Assembly (NCBI RefSeq): GCF_002111585.1
Contig: NZ_LUTP01000008.1
Span: forward strand, 49,995 to 113,994
DNA length: 64,000 bases
Source of the DNA: Lonsdalea iberica
Lineage (GTDB): Bacteria; Pseudomonadota; Gammaproteobacteria; Enterobacterales; Enterobacteriaceae
Reading direction: 5' to 3'
Shown in pieces: positions 1 to 12,965 of the stretch. The notes below the pieces were generated by a model, which had not been told where the DNA came from, ran no database searches, and worked only from the letters and a program-made list of their open reading frames with translations. The position numbers and the translations under genes were made by a program. Within the stretch, counting starts at the first letter, position 1. Each line of letters opens with the position of its first letter.

Positions 1-662
1 ACGATGTCGATATTGCTGAAGCCGTCGGCAAAGCGTTGGGCGTTAAAGTCGAGCTGCGCGCGACCAACCCCGCTAACCGTATCCCTCTGCTGGCGTCGAA
101 AAAAGTCGATCTTATCGCCGCCAATTTCACCATCACCGACGAACGCGCCAAACAGGTGAATTTCAGTATTCCTTACTTCTCCACCGGACAAAAATTCATT
201 GCCCGCAAAGGCGTGTTGAAAAGCCCGGAAGACATCAAAAATCTGCGTATTGGGGCGGATAAAGGCACCGTGCAGGAAATTACGCTGCGCGAGCACTACC
301 CGACGGCGAAAGTGATTTCCTATGATGACACCCCGTTGGCCTTCTCGGCGCTGCGTAACGGCAACGTGCAGGCGATAACGCAGGATGACGCCAAACTGGT
401 TGGTCTGCTGGCGAACGTACCGGCGGCGCAGAAGGCGGAGTTTGAAATCTCTCCGTTCAGCATCACGCGCGAATATCAGGGGGTGGGTATTCCCAAAGGG
501 GAAGAGGCGCTGACGCAAAAGGTCAATGAGGCGCTGTCGGATCTGGAAAATCGCGGTGAGGCAGCGAAAATCTACAACCGTTGGTTCGGGCCGGATACGC
601 TTTCTGCCCAGCCGCGCGGCGACTTTAAATTCGCGCCGTTAGACCAACAACCTAAAAGCTGA
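1..662 (+). CDS. polar amino acid ABC transporter periplasmic substrate-binding protein (5' end outside window)
   Basis: Reading frame is open from nt 1; the ORF caller starts at 36. Family-3 SBP fold with TNPANRIPLL...DLIAANFTITDERAKQVNFS motifs, resembling GltI/ArtJ-type binders. Followed by two permease genes. Confidence 0.7.
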   Translation, partial: DVDIAEAVGKALGVKVELRATNPANRIPLLASKKVDLIAANFTITDERAKQVNFSIPYFSTGQKFIARKGVLKSPEDIKNLRIGADKGTVQEITLREHYPTAKVISYDDTPLAFSALRNGNVQAITQDDAKLVGLLANVPAAQKAEFEISPFSITREYQGVGIPKGEEALTQKVNEALSDLENRGEAAKIYNRWFGPDTLSAQPRGDFKFAPLDQQPKS

Positions 663-723
663 TATCCCCACAGATGACTGACCCTCTCATTCGCCCTCCG
701 TACCTCGGAGGGCATCGTTATTT

Positions 724-1476
724 ATGATGTTTCCTGAACCGATACAACACTGGCTGACGCAGTGGCTGCTTGCGCCGAACTATCTGGCATGGCTGTGGCA
801 AGGTTTCCTGATGACCCTCGGCCTCTCCGCCGCCACCGTGGTCATGGCTACGCTGTTCGGCATGGTGCTGGCCGCTGCCCGCGACAGCCACGTGCGCGTT
901 GTCCGTTGGCTGGCTGTCGCCTATAGCGCGCTGTTTCGCAACACGCCGCTGCTGGTCCAGCTGTTCTTTTGGTATTTCGGGGCCGGGCAGCTGTTTCCGT
1001 CGTCGGTGATGCAGTGGCTGAACGCCCCGCATGAACTTTCTGCGCTGGGATTCGCACTGCCGTGGCCTTCCTTTGAATTTCTCGCCGGACTGCTGGGACT
1101 GACGCTCTATTCCAGCGCCTTTATCGCCGAAGAACTGCGCGCGGGAATGGCCGGCGTCGCGACAGGGCAAAAGTATGCCGCGCAGGCGCTTGGTCTGACC
1201 GGCTGGCAGGCGATGCGCTATGTGTTGTTGCCGCAGGCGCTGCGCATCGCCTTTCCGCCGCTGCTGGGACAGTACATGAACGTCATCAAGAACTCGTCGC
1301 TGGCAATGGCGATCGGCGTGGCGGAGTTGTCATACGCATCACGTCAGGTGGAAACCGAAACGCTCCGCACCTTTCAGGCTTTCGGCGTTGCCACGGTGTT
1401 TTATATCGGCGCCATTGCCGTGCTCGAAGGGTGGGGCATGTGGCGTCAACAGCGGAAGTCCACGGAGGCGCGCTGA
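724..1476 (+). CDS. amino acid ABC transporter permease (His/Glu/Gln/Arg/opine family)
   Basis: 250 aa, multi-TM. Carries the EAA-like loop (SSAFIAEELRAG...AAQALGLT) typical of PAAT permeases. Confidence 0.75.
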   Translation: MMFPEPIQHWLTQWLLAPNYLAWLWQGFLMTLGLSAATVVMATLFGMVLAAARDSHVRVVRWLAVAYSALFRNTPLLVQLFFWYFGAGQLFPSSVMQWLNAPHELSALGFALPWPSFEFLAGLLGLTLYSSAFIAEELRAGMAGVATGQKYAAQALGLTGWQAMRYVLLPQALRIAFPPLLGQYMNVIKNSSLAMAIGVAELSYASRQVETETLRTFQAFGVATVFYIGAIAVLEGWGMWRQQRKSTEAR

Positions 1477-1477
1477 A

Positions 1478-2194
1478 ATGGATTTTACGATCATCCGCGA
1501 TAACTTTACCTATCTGATGTGGGGCACGTTTCCCGAAGGGCCGCTAGGCGGGGCGGCGCTGACGTTGGCGATCAGCCTGATGGCGGGCGTCGCCTCGGCC
1601 CTGCTGGGCACGCTGTTCGGTATCGCGCTGGCGATGTCCCGGGGCTGGCTGGCCGCGCTGTTGGCGATGGTGCTGGGGTTTTTCCGCGCGATTCCGGTCA
1701 TCATGCTGATTTTCTGGACTTACTTCCTGCTGCCGGTGCTATTTGGCGTGGATATCCCGGAGATCACCACCGTGGTCTGCGCGCTGGCGCTGATCGCCTC
1801 CGCCTATCTGGCGCACGGGGTCAAGGCTGGGATTGTGGCTATTGGGCATGGCCAGTGGCAGGCGGGGCTGTCGCTTGGCTTTAATCGCTGGCAGACGTTG
1901 GGCTACATTGTCTTGCCGCAGGCGCTCCGCATGATGGTGCCTTCGTTCATCAACCAGTGGATTTCCCTGATCAAAGATACGTCGCTGGCGTATATCGTGG
2001 GCGTCGGCGAGCTGACGTTTTTGGCGACGCAGGTCAACAACCGCAGCATGGTTTATCCGCTGGAGGTCTTCCTGTTCGTGGCGTTGGTTTATTTTGTCCT
2101 GTGCCTGGCGCTGGATGTGCTGGCGAGTGGCATCAGCCGTCGTTATGGGGGGCACCGTGTCCAGAAAGTCGCGCGAGGAAAGGTGACGGCTTGA
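1478..2194 (+). CDS. amino acid ABC transporter permease, second subunit
   Basis: ATG follows 1 nt after the upstream stop (TGAAATGG), suggesting translational coupling. Begins MDFTIIRDNFTYLMWG. PAAT permease signature AYLAHGVKAGIVAIGHGQWQAGLSLG. No ATPase gene follows. Confidence 0.75.
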   Translation: MDFTIIRDNFTYLMWGTFPEGPLGGAALTLAISLMAGVASALLGTLFGIALAMSRGWLAALLAMVLGFFRAIPVIMLIFWTYFLLPVLFGVDIPEITTVVCALALIASAYLAHGVKAGIVAIGHGQWQAGLSLGFNRWQTLGYIVLPQALRMMVPSFINQWISLIKDTSLAYIVGVGELTFLATQVNNRSMVYPLEVFLFVALVYFVLCLALDVLASGISRRYGGHRVQKVARGKVTA

Positions 2195-2198
2195 CCCC

Positions 2199-2873
2199 TT
2201 AGCGGTGGCGCGTTAACTGAGCCCAGCCGCGTTCGCGCCAGAGCGCGGGCAGAGCGCGCATATCATCGAACTGGGTGACCAGCGGGTGGTGAATGGGCCG
2301 GTTAAGCGCATCGGCGCAGTAGTAAAACACCGGAATCCCGGCGGAAATGCCTGCCTGTACGCCGGCCTCTGAGTCTTCCACCAAAATGCAGCGTTCAATC
2401 GCTACCTTCATCTGATCGGCGGCGTAGTAGAGGATCGCCGGGTCCGGCTTCCAGGTTTGAATATCGTAGCCGCTGTAAAGGCGATCGCCGAAAAAGGGCA
2501 GAAGCGCCGTCTTCCCCAGCGTGCGCTGCATTTTACTCACCGGCCCATTCGAGACGACCGCCGTTGGGACCTGCAATTCTTCCAGCAGTTCGCGTACGCC
2601 CGGAATGGGTTGCAGTGCCGCGTCAAACAAACGGGCGATTTCGTCCCGATACTCCTGCTCCAATACGGCGGTTTCTTGCGTCAAATGATAGCGTTCGCAG
2701 GTGCGGAGAATAATGTCGTGGAGCCTGACGCCTTTAAACTCGGCGATGAATTGTTCCAATGCCAGCGATACGTTGTAGGTGGCAAACACATTGACATAGG
2801 CCTGACAGCACAACACTTCGGTATCGACCAACGTTCCGTCGCAGTCAAAGAAAACGCACTCAATCTGGGACAT
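2199..2873 (-). CDS. yieH: HAD-superfamily phosphatase, YieH-like (6-phosphogluconate phosphatase family)
   Basis: Begins MSQIECVFFDCDGTLVDTE, carrying the HAD motif I DxDGT. Collinear similarity to E. coli YieH. The ORF caller's longer start at 2921 is probably spurious. Confidence 0.7.
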   Translation of the reverse strand: MSQIECVFFDCDGTLVDTEVLCCQAYVNVFATYNVSLALEQFIAEFKGVRLHDIILRTCERYHLTQETAVLEQEYRDEIARLFDAALQPIPGVRELLEELQVPTAVVSNGPVSKMQRTLGKTALLPFFGDRLYSGYDIQTWKPDPAILYYAADQMKVAIERCILVEDSEAGVQAGISAGIPVFYYCADALNRPIHHPLVTQFDDMRALPALWRERGWAQLTRHR

Positions 2874-3134
2874 GACCGTCCTTACCGGGGAGAGAAAAGA
2901 TAACCTTACTTTACTGCACATTGGTGCGGTTGTAATGGCTTGTGTCTGCGGGCAAAAGTGGGGTTCGCCCGCGAATGCGTCACGTGCCTCGCATCACCCT
3001 GCGGCCTGTTCTTGCCTATACATAGGATGTCCTTATGGTAGATAAAAAAACGGCGTAACAGCGTCAACCGCTGAGAATTTTGGTATAGGATACCTGACGG
3101 ATAATCTTTCCCTTTCTTCAGGCTATTATGACTC

Positions 3135-4472
3135 ATGGATAAATCTCAAACTGGCTCCGCGTCCGAGCGTGGGCTGCTGCAACGCGTGTTCAAATTACGT
3201 CAGCACGGCACCACGGCGCGAACTGAAACGATCGCGGGCTTTACGACGTTCCTGACGATGGTCTACATCGTTTTTGTTAACCCGCAAATCCTCGGCGTGG
3301 CCGGAATGGATACGCAGGCCGTCTTTGTCACCACCTGTCTGATCGCCGCCTTCGGCAGTATCCTGATGGGCCTGCTGGCGAACCTGCCGGTGGCGTTGGC
3401 GCCTGCGATGGGGCTTAACGCCTTTTTCGCTTTTGCCGTGGTCGGCGCGATGGGCCTGCCCTGGCAGGTGGCGATGGGCGCTATTTTCTGGGGCGCAATC
3501 GGTTTCTTGCTGTTGTCTGTGTTCCAGATCCGCTATTGGATGATCGCTAATATCCCGCAGTGTCTGCGTTTGGGTATCGCCAGCGGCATCGGCCTGTTTA
3601 TCGCGATGATGGGGCTGAAAAACGCCGGGATCATCGTGCCGAACGCGGATACGCTGGTTGCGGTGGGTAAATTGACCTCGCACAGCGTGCTGTTGGGCGT
3701 ACTCGGTTTTTTCATCATCGTGGTGCTCGCGTCGCGCAACATTCACGCCGCGGTGCTGATCTCCATTGTTATCACGACGGCCATCGGCCTGCTGCTGGGT
3801 GACGTGAAATATACCGGCGTCTTCTCACTGCCGCCGAGCGTTACTAACGTTGTGGGTCAGGTTGATCTGGCTGGGGCGTTGAATCTCGGCCTCTCCGGCG
3901 TCATTTTCTCCTTCATGCTGGTTAACCTGTTCGACTCCTCCGGTACGTTGATCGGCGTGACCGAAAAAGCCGGACTGGCGGATGAGAAGGGCAAGTTCCC
4001 AGGAATGAAGCGCGCGCTCTATGTGGATAGCATCAGCTCAGTCGCGGGTGCCTTTATCGGTACGTCCTCCGTTACCGCCTATATCGAAAGCTCCTCCGGC
4101 GTCTCGGTCGGCGGTCGTACCGGCCTGACGGCCGTTGTGGTGGGCGTGTTGTTCCTGCTGGTGATGTTCCTGTCGCCGCTGGCGGGGATGGTGCCGGCTT
4201 ACGCGGCTGCGGGCGCGCTGATCTACGTCGGCGTACTGATGACGTCCAGCCTTGCACGCGTGAAATGGGAAGACCTGACGGAAGCCGTGCCGGCGTTTAT
4301 CACCGCCGTCATGATGCCGTTCAGCTTCTCTATCACCGAAGGGATCGCCCTTGGGTTTATCTCCTACTGCGTGATGAAAGCGGCGACCGGACGCTGGCGT
4401 GAAATCAGCCCCTGCGTGGTGGTGGTCGCGGTGCTGTTCCTGCTGAAAATTGTCTTCGTCGACGCGCACTAA
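3135..4472 (+). CDS. adeP: adenine permease (NCS2/AzgA family)
   Basis: 445 aa, near-collinear with E. coli AdeP/PurP (ERVFKLREHGTTARTE...FTTFLTMVYIVFVNPQILGVAGMD). Adjacent to yieH as in E. coli. Confidence 0.85.
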   Translation: MDKSQTGSASERGLLQRVFKLRQHGTTARTETIAGFTTFLTMVYIVFVNPQILGVAGMDTQAVFVTTCLIAAFGSILMGLLANLPVALAPAMGLNAFFAFAVVGAMGLPWQVAMGAIFWGAIGFLLLSVFQIRYWMIANIPQCLRLGIASGIGLFIAMMGLKNAGIIVPNADTLVAVGKLTSHSVLLGVLGFFIIVVLASRNIHAAVLISIVITTAIGLLLGDVKYTGVFSLPPSVTNVVGQVDLAGALNLGLSGVIFSFMLVNLFDSSGTLIGVTEKAGLADEKGKFPGMKRALYVDSISSVAGAFIGTSSVTAYIESSSGVSVGGRTGLTAVVVGVLFLLVMFLSPLAGMVPAYAAAGALIYVGVLMTSSLARVKWEDLTEAVPAFITAVMMPFSFSITEGIALGFISYCVMKAATGRWREISPCVVVVAVLFLLKIVFVDAH

Positions 4473-4569
4473 TGTTTCGCCCGGCTAACACGGCGTGGCG
4501 TTAATCACCTGAAGCTGTCAGTTCGGGGCGGTGACATCACGCTGTCGCTTTTCTTAAGATGGCGGAAAT

Positions 4570-4597
4570 AACGCGGCGACAGCCGCGTTATTTTTTC
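4570..4597. terminator. bidirectional rho-independent terminator between adeP and the convergent PPTase gene
   Basis: Hairpin AACGCGGC-GACA-GCCGCGTT followed by a T7 run. It overlaps the stop codon of the minus-strand gene. Confidence 0.45.
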
Positions 4598-5307
4598 TCC
4601 GCCGAGCGGCTGGTCAGTTTCATAAACCGTGTCGACTGGCGCTGTTGTTGAATAATCTCTGACGTTTTGTTCAGCCCTCCTGCCACTGTGTAGTTCCACA
4701 GTACCAGCCGGTTTAACTGCGGCGTCCGGGCGCAGGCCCACGCCAGATAATCGTCAATGTCGCTCATCGCCTCCACTTCCGACAAATGCGCCACGCGCAG
4801 TCGTCCTGACGCCGGATGAAGCTTCAACGATTTACTGCCGTCTAGATTGAATCCGGGTATTTTAAGCACGGACTGACGGATGACGGCGAGCTGAGAGGCG
4901 GCTTCCAGCGGATCGATTTGTGCGTCAACCCATGCCCTCTCCGCCTGCGTCTGCCACACCGGCTGCGGCTGTTGTGACGCCCGCACGTGGACGATCTCCA
5001 TACTCATCCCCACACTGCCCGTCTCGCTCAATAGCAGCCCGATAGTATTCCCCGCGTAGCCCAGGCTAAAACTGGGCAGGTTGATATCGCTAAAGCAGGG
5101 GCGGCCGTTAGGCGCGGTCACCAAGGGAGGCAGCATCGGATAGCCAAACAGATAAAACATGAGTTCTGCCAATAACGCCCGGCTTTTCAGATAGCGTTCG
5201 CGCCGCTTCATCGAAAAACTCTGCGTTGAGGCGATCAGGTCGTCAGACAGGCGTTGCAGACTCGGCAAAACTTCCGTGCTGGTCCACCTGACGAAATGGC
5301 AGGTCAT
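4588..5307 (-). CDS. 4'-phosphopantetheinyl transferase family protein (AcpT/EntD-like)
   Basis: 239 aa, matching the PPTase family. Occupies the position of yieE in the E. coli yieE-adeP-yieH neighbourhood. Confidence 0.5.
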   Translation of the reverse strand: MTCHFVRWTSTEVLPSLQRLSDDLIASTQSFSMKRRERYLKSRALLAELMFYLFGYPMLPPLVTAPNGRPCFSDINLPSFSLGYAGNTIGLLLSETGSVGMSMEIVHVRASQQPQPVWQTQAERAWVDAQIDPLEAASQLAVIRQSVLKIPGFNLDGSKSLKLHPASGRLRVAHLSEVEAMSDIDDYLAWACARTPQLNRLVLWNYTVAGGLNKTSEIIQQQRQSTRFMKLTSRSAEKK

Positions 5308-5604
5308 AATTCACTCCATGATAATGACGCAAATCGGGGCGTCCAAGGTTAGCAGAGGCGATATAAACGCTGTGATGCTATATATCACAGACAAAAATAT
5401 TAACTAAGCAAAAATTAACGGATTAATATTCAACGGTGAATGCATGTGTTGTTTTCGTCAAAACTCTCTCCCTGCCTCGTTGAAACAAGGAGAGTCGCCG
5501 TCAGCAGGATCGCCCGTGAGACAAGGGCACGGCGTGATGGGATGACCGATGTTTTTTATGTCCAGTCTGCCGTCGTGGCGCCAAAACAGCCTGAAACACG
5601 ACGA

Positions 5605-8125
<2,521 letters not shown>

Positions 8126-8199
8126 ATCTTCTCCCGATAAGATCGTGTTGATGCAGGATACGGCATTGCATAAAGGCCGATACCGCGTCTTACTTTATC

Positions 8200-8240
8200 T
8201 GTAAAATAACAAAAAGTAAGCGCTTGCTTACTTTTTGGGT
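8200..8240 (-). terminator. rho-independent terminator downstream of the FUSC-like gene
   Basis: Inverted repeat AAGTAAGCGCTTGCTTACTT flanked by A and T runs. Confidence 0.45.
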
Positions 8241-8568
8241 GACGACCGTCACACTTTTTAATTGTCCGGCCAGAGCGAAAAGCTTGGGGCTGGTGTCGAA
8301 GTCATATCAAGGATAGCGGCTTCGTGGTCTGGCGTGGAATTTTTATCCTAGCGGCTACCCGCTCCGGCTATTTTGATATAAAACAGAGAATCAAAAGGAA
8401 GAATAATTAAATTTATTCAGTATGTTAGCGTATTGAGAGTCATTATCTTGTACACAAATCCCGGTGCGGGATTAAAAGAACGGTTACGTAAAGTCTCTCA
8501 AAGGTATTCAGCGTCTCTGGCGGTCGCTGAAGGTCCGGATGAGCCGCGGGTAAAGTCGGCGAAAAGCG

Positions 8569-9690
8569 TTATTCCGCGCGATTCCTGATGCGCAGGTGGA
8601 CGTGCCTGCGCTGCTGTGACTTCATCGTGCTCAGCAGCATGGCCAGCGCATCCAGCTTGTCGATAATCTGGGTGCCCAGATAAAAATAGCCGTAGATTTT
8701 GTTTTCTATCGCGATGTCGTTTCCGGCGTGCCGGTCCAACAGCGTTGAGCGCAGTTCCTCCATGACATCCTGTTCAAATTCCTTATGGTGGAATTTTTTT
8801 ATGGCATCCGGATCGTTAATATCGTCGCGAATAAGCGCTTGTAAAAGTTTAAAGCGGTAGTCGATCGCGTAATTTATTTTTTTCGACAGCGAAGAGGCGC
8901 AAATAATATGGTGACTCACAGAACAGTCCCAGAAAGCTTTTTCAATCAAATTCAGATAAGAGACAATATCAAGAATGGTTTCCTGTAGTGAAATATAAAT
9001 TTTTTTATCTATTCTGGTTTCTTTCTGGGCGGGTATGGAGAGTTTCAATATATCGGAGATGGCTTTTTTATTAATACTGTTAAGATTTTTTAATTCGGGC
9101 CGGTTGAATAAATTACGAGATAAATTGGCGCAGTAAAGCTGATGCAGATTGGATATGAGTTTATAAAGCTCTATATTCCAATGAATACTCGCTTTGTGCG
9201 GTAAAATACTGGAAAAAATGACGGCGATGACGCAGCCGATAAATACGTCGGAAATTCGCCATAGCGCGATATCCAGATTCCCGCCCGACGCGCTGACGGT
9301 TACTGAAAGCGTAATACCAATGAGTATCCCGGCATAAGGGATTTTACTCAGCGTCAGATAGCCGCAGGTAAATATACCGAGGGCGATGATCACGATCATG
9401 CCCGAAAAGGTGTATTTCCCAGCATAAAACGAAAGAATACCAAAGATGATGCCAATCAACGTGCCGGTCGAGCGCTGGATGGCGCGGGGATAGACACTGC
9501 CTTTATAGGACATCGGTCCCATGATGACGATCATGGTGATCAGGATCCACGAGACGTCTTTGACCAAATCGAGTTTTGCCAATAGGAGTAAAGCGAAAAT
9601 AAAAGAAATCGTTAAGCGCAGCGCATGGAAGGTGCGATAATATTTATATTGTAAATTCTCTACTTTCATGGTCTTTTCTTTTAAAAGCAC
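8569..9690 (-). CDS. FUSC/ArAE-like integral membrane protein (half-size aromatic-acid-exporter-type)
   Basis: About 370 aa. The N-terminus has roughly six TM helices (TGTLIGIIFGILSF...) and the C-terminus is soluble. Very AT-rich and Asn/Lys/Ile-rich codon usage, unlike the flanks. Confidence 0.45.
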   Translation of the reverse strand: MLLKEKTMKVENLQYKYYRTFHALRLTISFIFALLLLAKLDLVKDVSWILITMIVIMGPMSYKGSVYPRAIQRSTGTLIGIIFGILSFYAGKYTFSGMIVIIALGIFTCGYLTLSKIPYAGILIGITLSVTVSASGGNLDIALWRISDVFIGCVIAVIFSSILPHKASIHWNIELYKLISNLHQLYCANLSRNLFNRPELKNLNSINKKAISDILKLSIPAQKETRIDKKIYISLQETILDIVSYLNLIEKAFWDCSVSHHIICASSLSKKINYAIDYRFKLLQALIRDDINDPDAIKKFHHKEFEQDVMEELRSTLLDRHAGNDIAIENKIYGYFYLGTQIIDKLDALAMLLSTMKSQQRRHVHLRIRNRAE

Positions 9691-10144
9691 CCGCTAAATC
9701 ACTATTAACCTCTGTGTTGCAAAGTTAATTGTCGATCGCGAAAACCCTATTTCCACCGGTAATGAAATGATGTCATCCAACAACGGATAGAGAGGATAGC
9801 ATCTTTTTTAACTAAAGTTAACAATAGGGTTGCCTCCAGAAACTCAATCTTCCTCTTATAAGAAGCTCATTTCCTCCAGTAAAAGTAATAAATTGTAAGT
9901 TGATGTTTTAAAAGCAAGGCAATACGGAATCTCTCATATTTATAGAGAATGGAATTATTTTATATTGAAGGAAGGGTGAATAACTTTAATGGATGGCGCT
10001 GTAAATAAAAAAATAGTGATTACTATTAAGAAAAATGATCTTGGGGTGAAAATATTATCAATACATTAGGTTGAGATAATTTCTCACCCCCGGTGCATTC
10101 AGCGTGGCGGGTAAAAAGAGAAAGGTTATTTAATCATTGCACGG

Positions 10145-11068
10145 CTAAACAGCTGAGCGCCGAATAACCGTTTTCTTCTGACGCCGTTCGCACAAGACGG
10201 TAAAAATGCCGGCGCATGCAATGATCGCCGCGCCGGCGATGGTCGAGCCTCCCGGCACGCTATCAAGGAAGAGATAACCGATCAGCATTGACCACACCAG
10301 CGTGGTGTAATCGAAGGGAGCCAGCAGCGAGGCGTCGGCGTAGCGCAGGCTCAAGGTAATCAGTATCTGCGCCATACCGCCGAAAAAACCGCAGCCAATC
10401 AGCAGGAGGAGCTGCGGAAACGTCGGCATCAGCCAGCCGAAATACAGCGTTCCCAGACCGATGAACATGGTCATCAGCGAGAAGTAAAAGACAATGGCGC
10501 CGGGCTTTTCCACGCCGTTGAGGAAGCGAATTTGTATCGACGACGCGGCGGTGCAGAGCGCGGCCAGCAGCGCGAAAGCGACGCCGATGATCGATCCGTT
10601 TGCAACGCCCGCGGTCGAGGAAAAGACAGATCCGCTGGCGCCCAGATATGCCGACAGCATCACCAGAATGCCCGAGAAACCCACTACGACGGCCAACCAA
10701 CGATAAAAGCGGACGATCTCTTTCAATAATATCGCCGCCATGATGACGGTAAATAACGGCGCGGCATAGCTAATAGCGGTCACGTCCGCCAACGAAATAT
10801 AGACCAGCGCAAGATAGTTAAAATACATACCCCCCGTACCGGAAAAACCACGGATGAGATGGCCAAACACATTGCGGGTTTTGATTAAATCGAGAATATT
10901 GCCTTGAAACTTGAGCCAGATAAGTAGGGGAAATAGCGCAACGAACGAACGGAAAAAAATGACTTCGCCGGTGGGGATAGCGCCGTTTAATCCTTTGACG
11001 CAGGCCAGCATTAATGTCGCGCACAGCGCCGACATTATTTTCAGGAGTACGCCCATTCTGGAATTCAT
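10145..11068 (-). CDS. EamA/DMT-superfamily transporter
   Basis: 307 aa with ten predicted TM helices in a duplicated EamA-like arrangement. Confidence 0.7.
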   Translation of the reverse strand: MNSRMGVLLKIMSALCATLMLACVKGLNGAIPTGEVIFFRSFVALFPLLIWLKFQGNILDLIKTRNVFGHLIRGFSGTGGMYFNYLALVYISLADVTAISYAAPLFTVIMAAILLKEIVRFYRWLAVVVGFSGILVMLSAYLGASGSVFSSTAGVANGSIIGVAFALLAALCTAASSIQIRFLNGVEKPGAIVFYFSLMTMFIGLGTLYFGWLMPTFPQLLLLIGCGFFGGMAQILITLSLRYADASLLAPFDYTTLVWSMLIGYLFLDSVPGGSTIAGAAIIACAGIFTVLCERRQKKTVIRRSAV

Positions 11069-11405
11069 TGTCTATTTTCACTCTCTGGCTGCAATAACGA
11101 CATTCGCTTTCCTGATGCCGGAAATCGTCCTTCACCATAAAGTGACTGTCTTCGCGTCCGTTAAGATAATTTCGTTCTGTCTGGATAGTTTTTCCTTATA
11201 TTTTCTCCCCGTCATACAAATTACATATCACCACACACGCTTTCCGTCTTATACATCGTCTTTCATCGCTTCTATAGTCAGACTGCTAGAAGAGTCGCGC
11301 CAAGTTTTAGCGGTTATCTCTTTATTTTTAGTCATTTATTTCATACCGCTTCTTTCGTGCTGCGTCAGAAGAACACTGAATCTTAATTAAAATAGCGGGG
11401 AATTC

Positions 11406-12251
11406 GTGATGAAATTGAAATTGCTTTCGGGTGCAGTCTTGGCCATGCCTCTGCTGGTGGCGTTGTCACCCGCCGCCCATGCGGATTTACTCGCGGATAT
11501 CCACGCTCGCGGCCAATTAAACTGTGCGGTCTATTCCGACGTGCCGCCATTTTCGTCCCCTGACCCCAAAACGCGCCAGTTGGCGGGGATGGATGTCGAT
11601 CTCTGTCATGCGCTGGCGAAGGAGATGGGGGTCAAGGCCAACCTGATGCCGACCTCGATTGAGGCTCGTATCGCCGTCATCGCCACCGGTCGGGCTGATG
11701 TGCTGGTCGCCAACCTGGCGTATACCAAAACGCGCGGCAACCAAATCCAGTTCAGTGACCCGTACTATGTCGCGAAAGAGATGCTGGTGGTGAAGAAGCC
11801 GAACGAAAACAAAACGCGGGCGGACTTTAAAGATAAACGCATCAGCGCGACCAAAGGCACCACCTCCGAACAATCTATCCATCTGGCGGGCGCGAAAGCC
11901 GTCACGTTCCAGGATGCGGCCTCCGCCTTCCTGGCGCTGGAGCAGAATAAGGTCGTGGGCTTCGTCACCAACACCATGACTGCCGTCAAAATGATCTCTC
12001 AGGCGAAAAAAGACGGTATTGAGCTGGGTATGATCAAAGAGCCAATGGCGCTGGAGCCGATTGGCGTCGGTATGAAAAAAGACGAGCCGGCGCTGCTGGC
12101 GGAAGTGAACCGCAGCCTGAAGGCGATGGATGACGCCGGCGCTATTGATACTATCTGGAATACCTGGATTGGACCGAACACTGAGTACAAGATGGTGCGC
12201 GAAGAAAAAGTGCAGCCGCTTTCAAGTCTGAAATTCGAACCGCTGGAATAA
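11406..12251 (+). CDS. ABC transporter periplasmic substrate-binding protein (polar amino acid family) with signal peptide
   Basis: 281 aa. Signal peptide MMKLKLLSGAVLAMPLLVALSPAAHA, followed by a family-3 SBP fold. Confidence 0.75.
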   Translation: MMKLKLLSGAVLAMPLLVALSPAAHADLLADIHARGQLNCAVYSDVPPFSSPDPKTRQLAGMDVDLCHALAKEMGVKANLMPTSIEARIAVIATGRADVLVANLAYTKTRGNQIQFSDPYYVAKEMLVVKKPNENKTRADFKDKRISATKGTTSEQSIHLAGAKAVTFQDAASAFLALEQNKVVGFVTNTMTAVKMISQAKKDGIELGMIKEPMALEPIGVGMKKDEPALLAEVNRSLKAMDDAGAIDTIWNTWIGPNTEYKMVREEKVQPLSSLKFEPLE

Positions 12252-12254
12252 CCC

Positions 12255-12965
12255 ATGACCCTGCTGTCACGCGACGAGCCGAAGCGCGTCGCCTTGACGA
12301 TCGTCAGTCAGGGCGAGCCGGTAAAAGTGTCCACGATTGGCGGTCGGGCCTATCTGGTCGATGCGCCGGGCGAGTTTGATCTTCCGGCGCAAAGGCGCAT
12401 CTGGGCGCTGGCTGGGTTACTGCGGCAACGTGGCGATATCGAATCGTTGATCCCCGGCGTGACCAACCTGCTGGTGCTGTTCAAGCACATCCCGCCGGAG
12501 CCGTCCGCCGTCGTCCATCTGTTGCAGGATGGTTGGGAGCGTGCGCGGGCCGCCACCTCGCAGGGTAAACGCATCGACATTCCCGTCAGTTATGGCGGCG
12601 AGCACGCGACGGATCTGGATGCCGTGTGCGAGTTCACCGGGCTGACGGCAAAAGAGGTCATCCGCCGTCACTATCAGGGTGAGTACACCGTTTTCGCGCT
12701 CGGCAGCGCACCGGGGTTCGGCTATTTGCACGGTCTTGACCCAGCGCTGGCGACGCCACGCAAAAAAGTGCCGTCGCTGAATATGCTGAAAGGCACCGTG
12801 ACCATCGGCGGCGCGCAGACGGGGGTATCGGCGTTAACCGGACCGAACGGTTGGAACGCGATCGGCTTCGCCGATATGCCGCTGTTCGACCCTTGGGCAG
12901 AAACGCCTGCGGTCATGGCGCCCGGAGACAGCATCCGTTTTCTGCCTGAGAGGATTGAACTGTGA
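12255..12965 (+). CDS. pxpB: 5-oxoprolinase subunit B (KipI/allophanate hydrolase subunit 1 family)
   Basis: 236 aa of the KipI family. Overlaps pxpC by 4 nt. Confidence 0.75.
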   Translation: MTLLSRDEPKRVALTIVSQGEPVKVSTIGGRAYLVDAPGEFDLPAQRRIWALAGLLRQRGDIESLIPGVTNLLVLFKHIPPEPSAVVHLLQDGWERARAATSQGKRIDIPVSYGGEHATDLDAVCEFTGLTAKEVIRRHYQGEYTVFALGSAPGFGYLHGLDPALATPRKKVPSLNMLKGTVTIGGAQTGVSALTGPNGWNAIGFADMPLFDPWAETPAVMAPGDSIRFLPERIEL

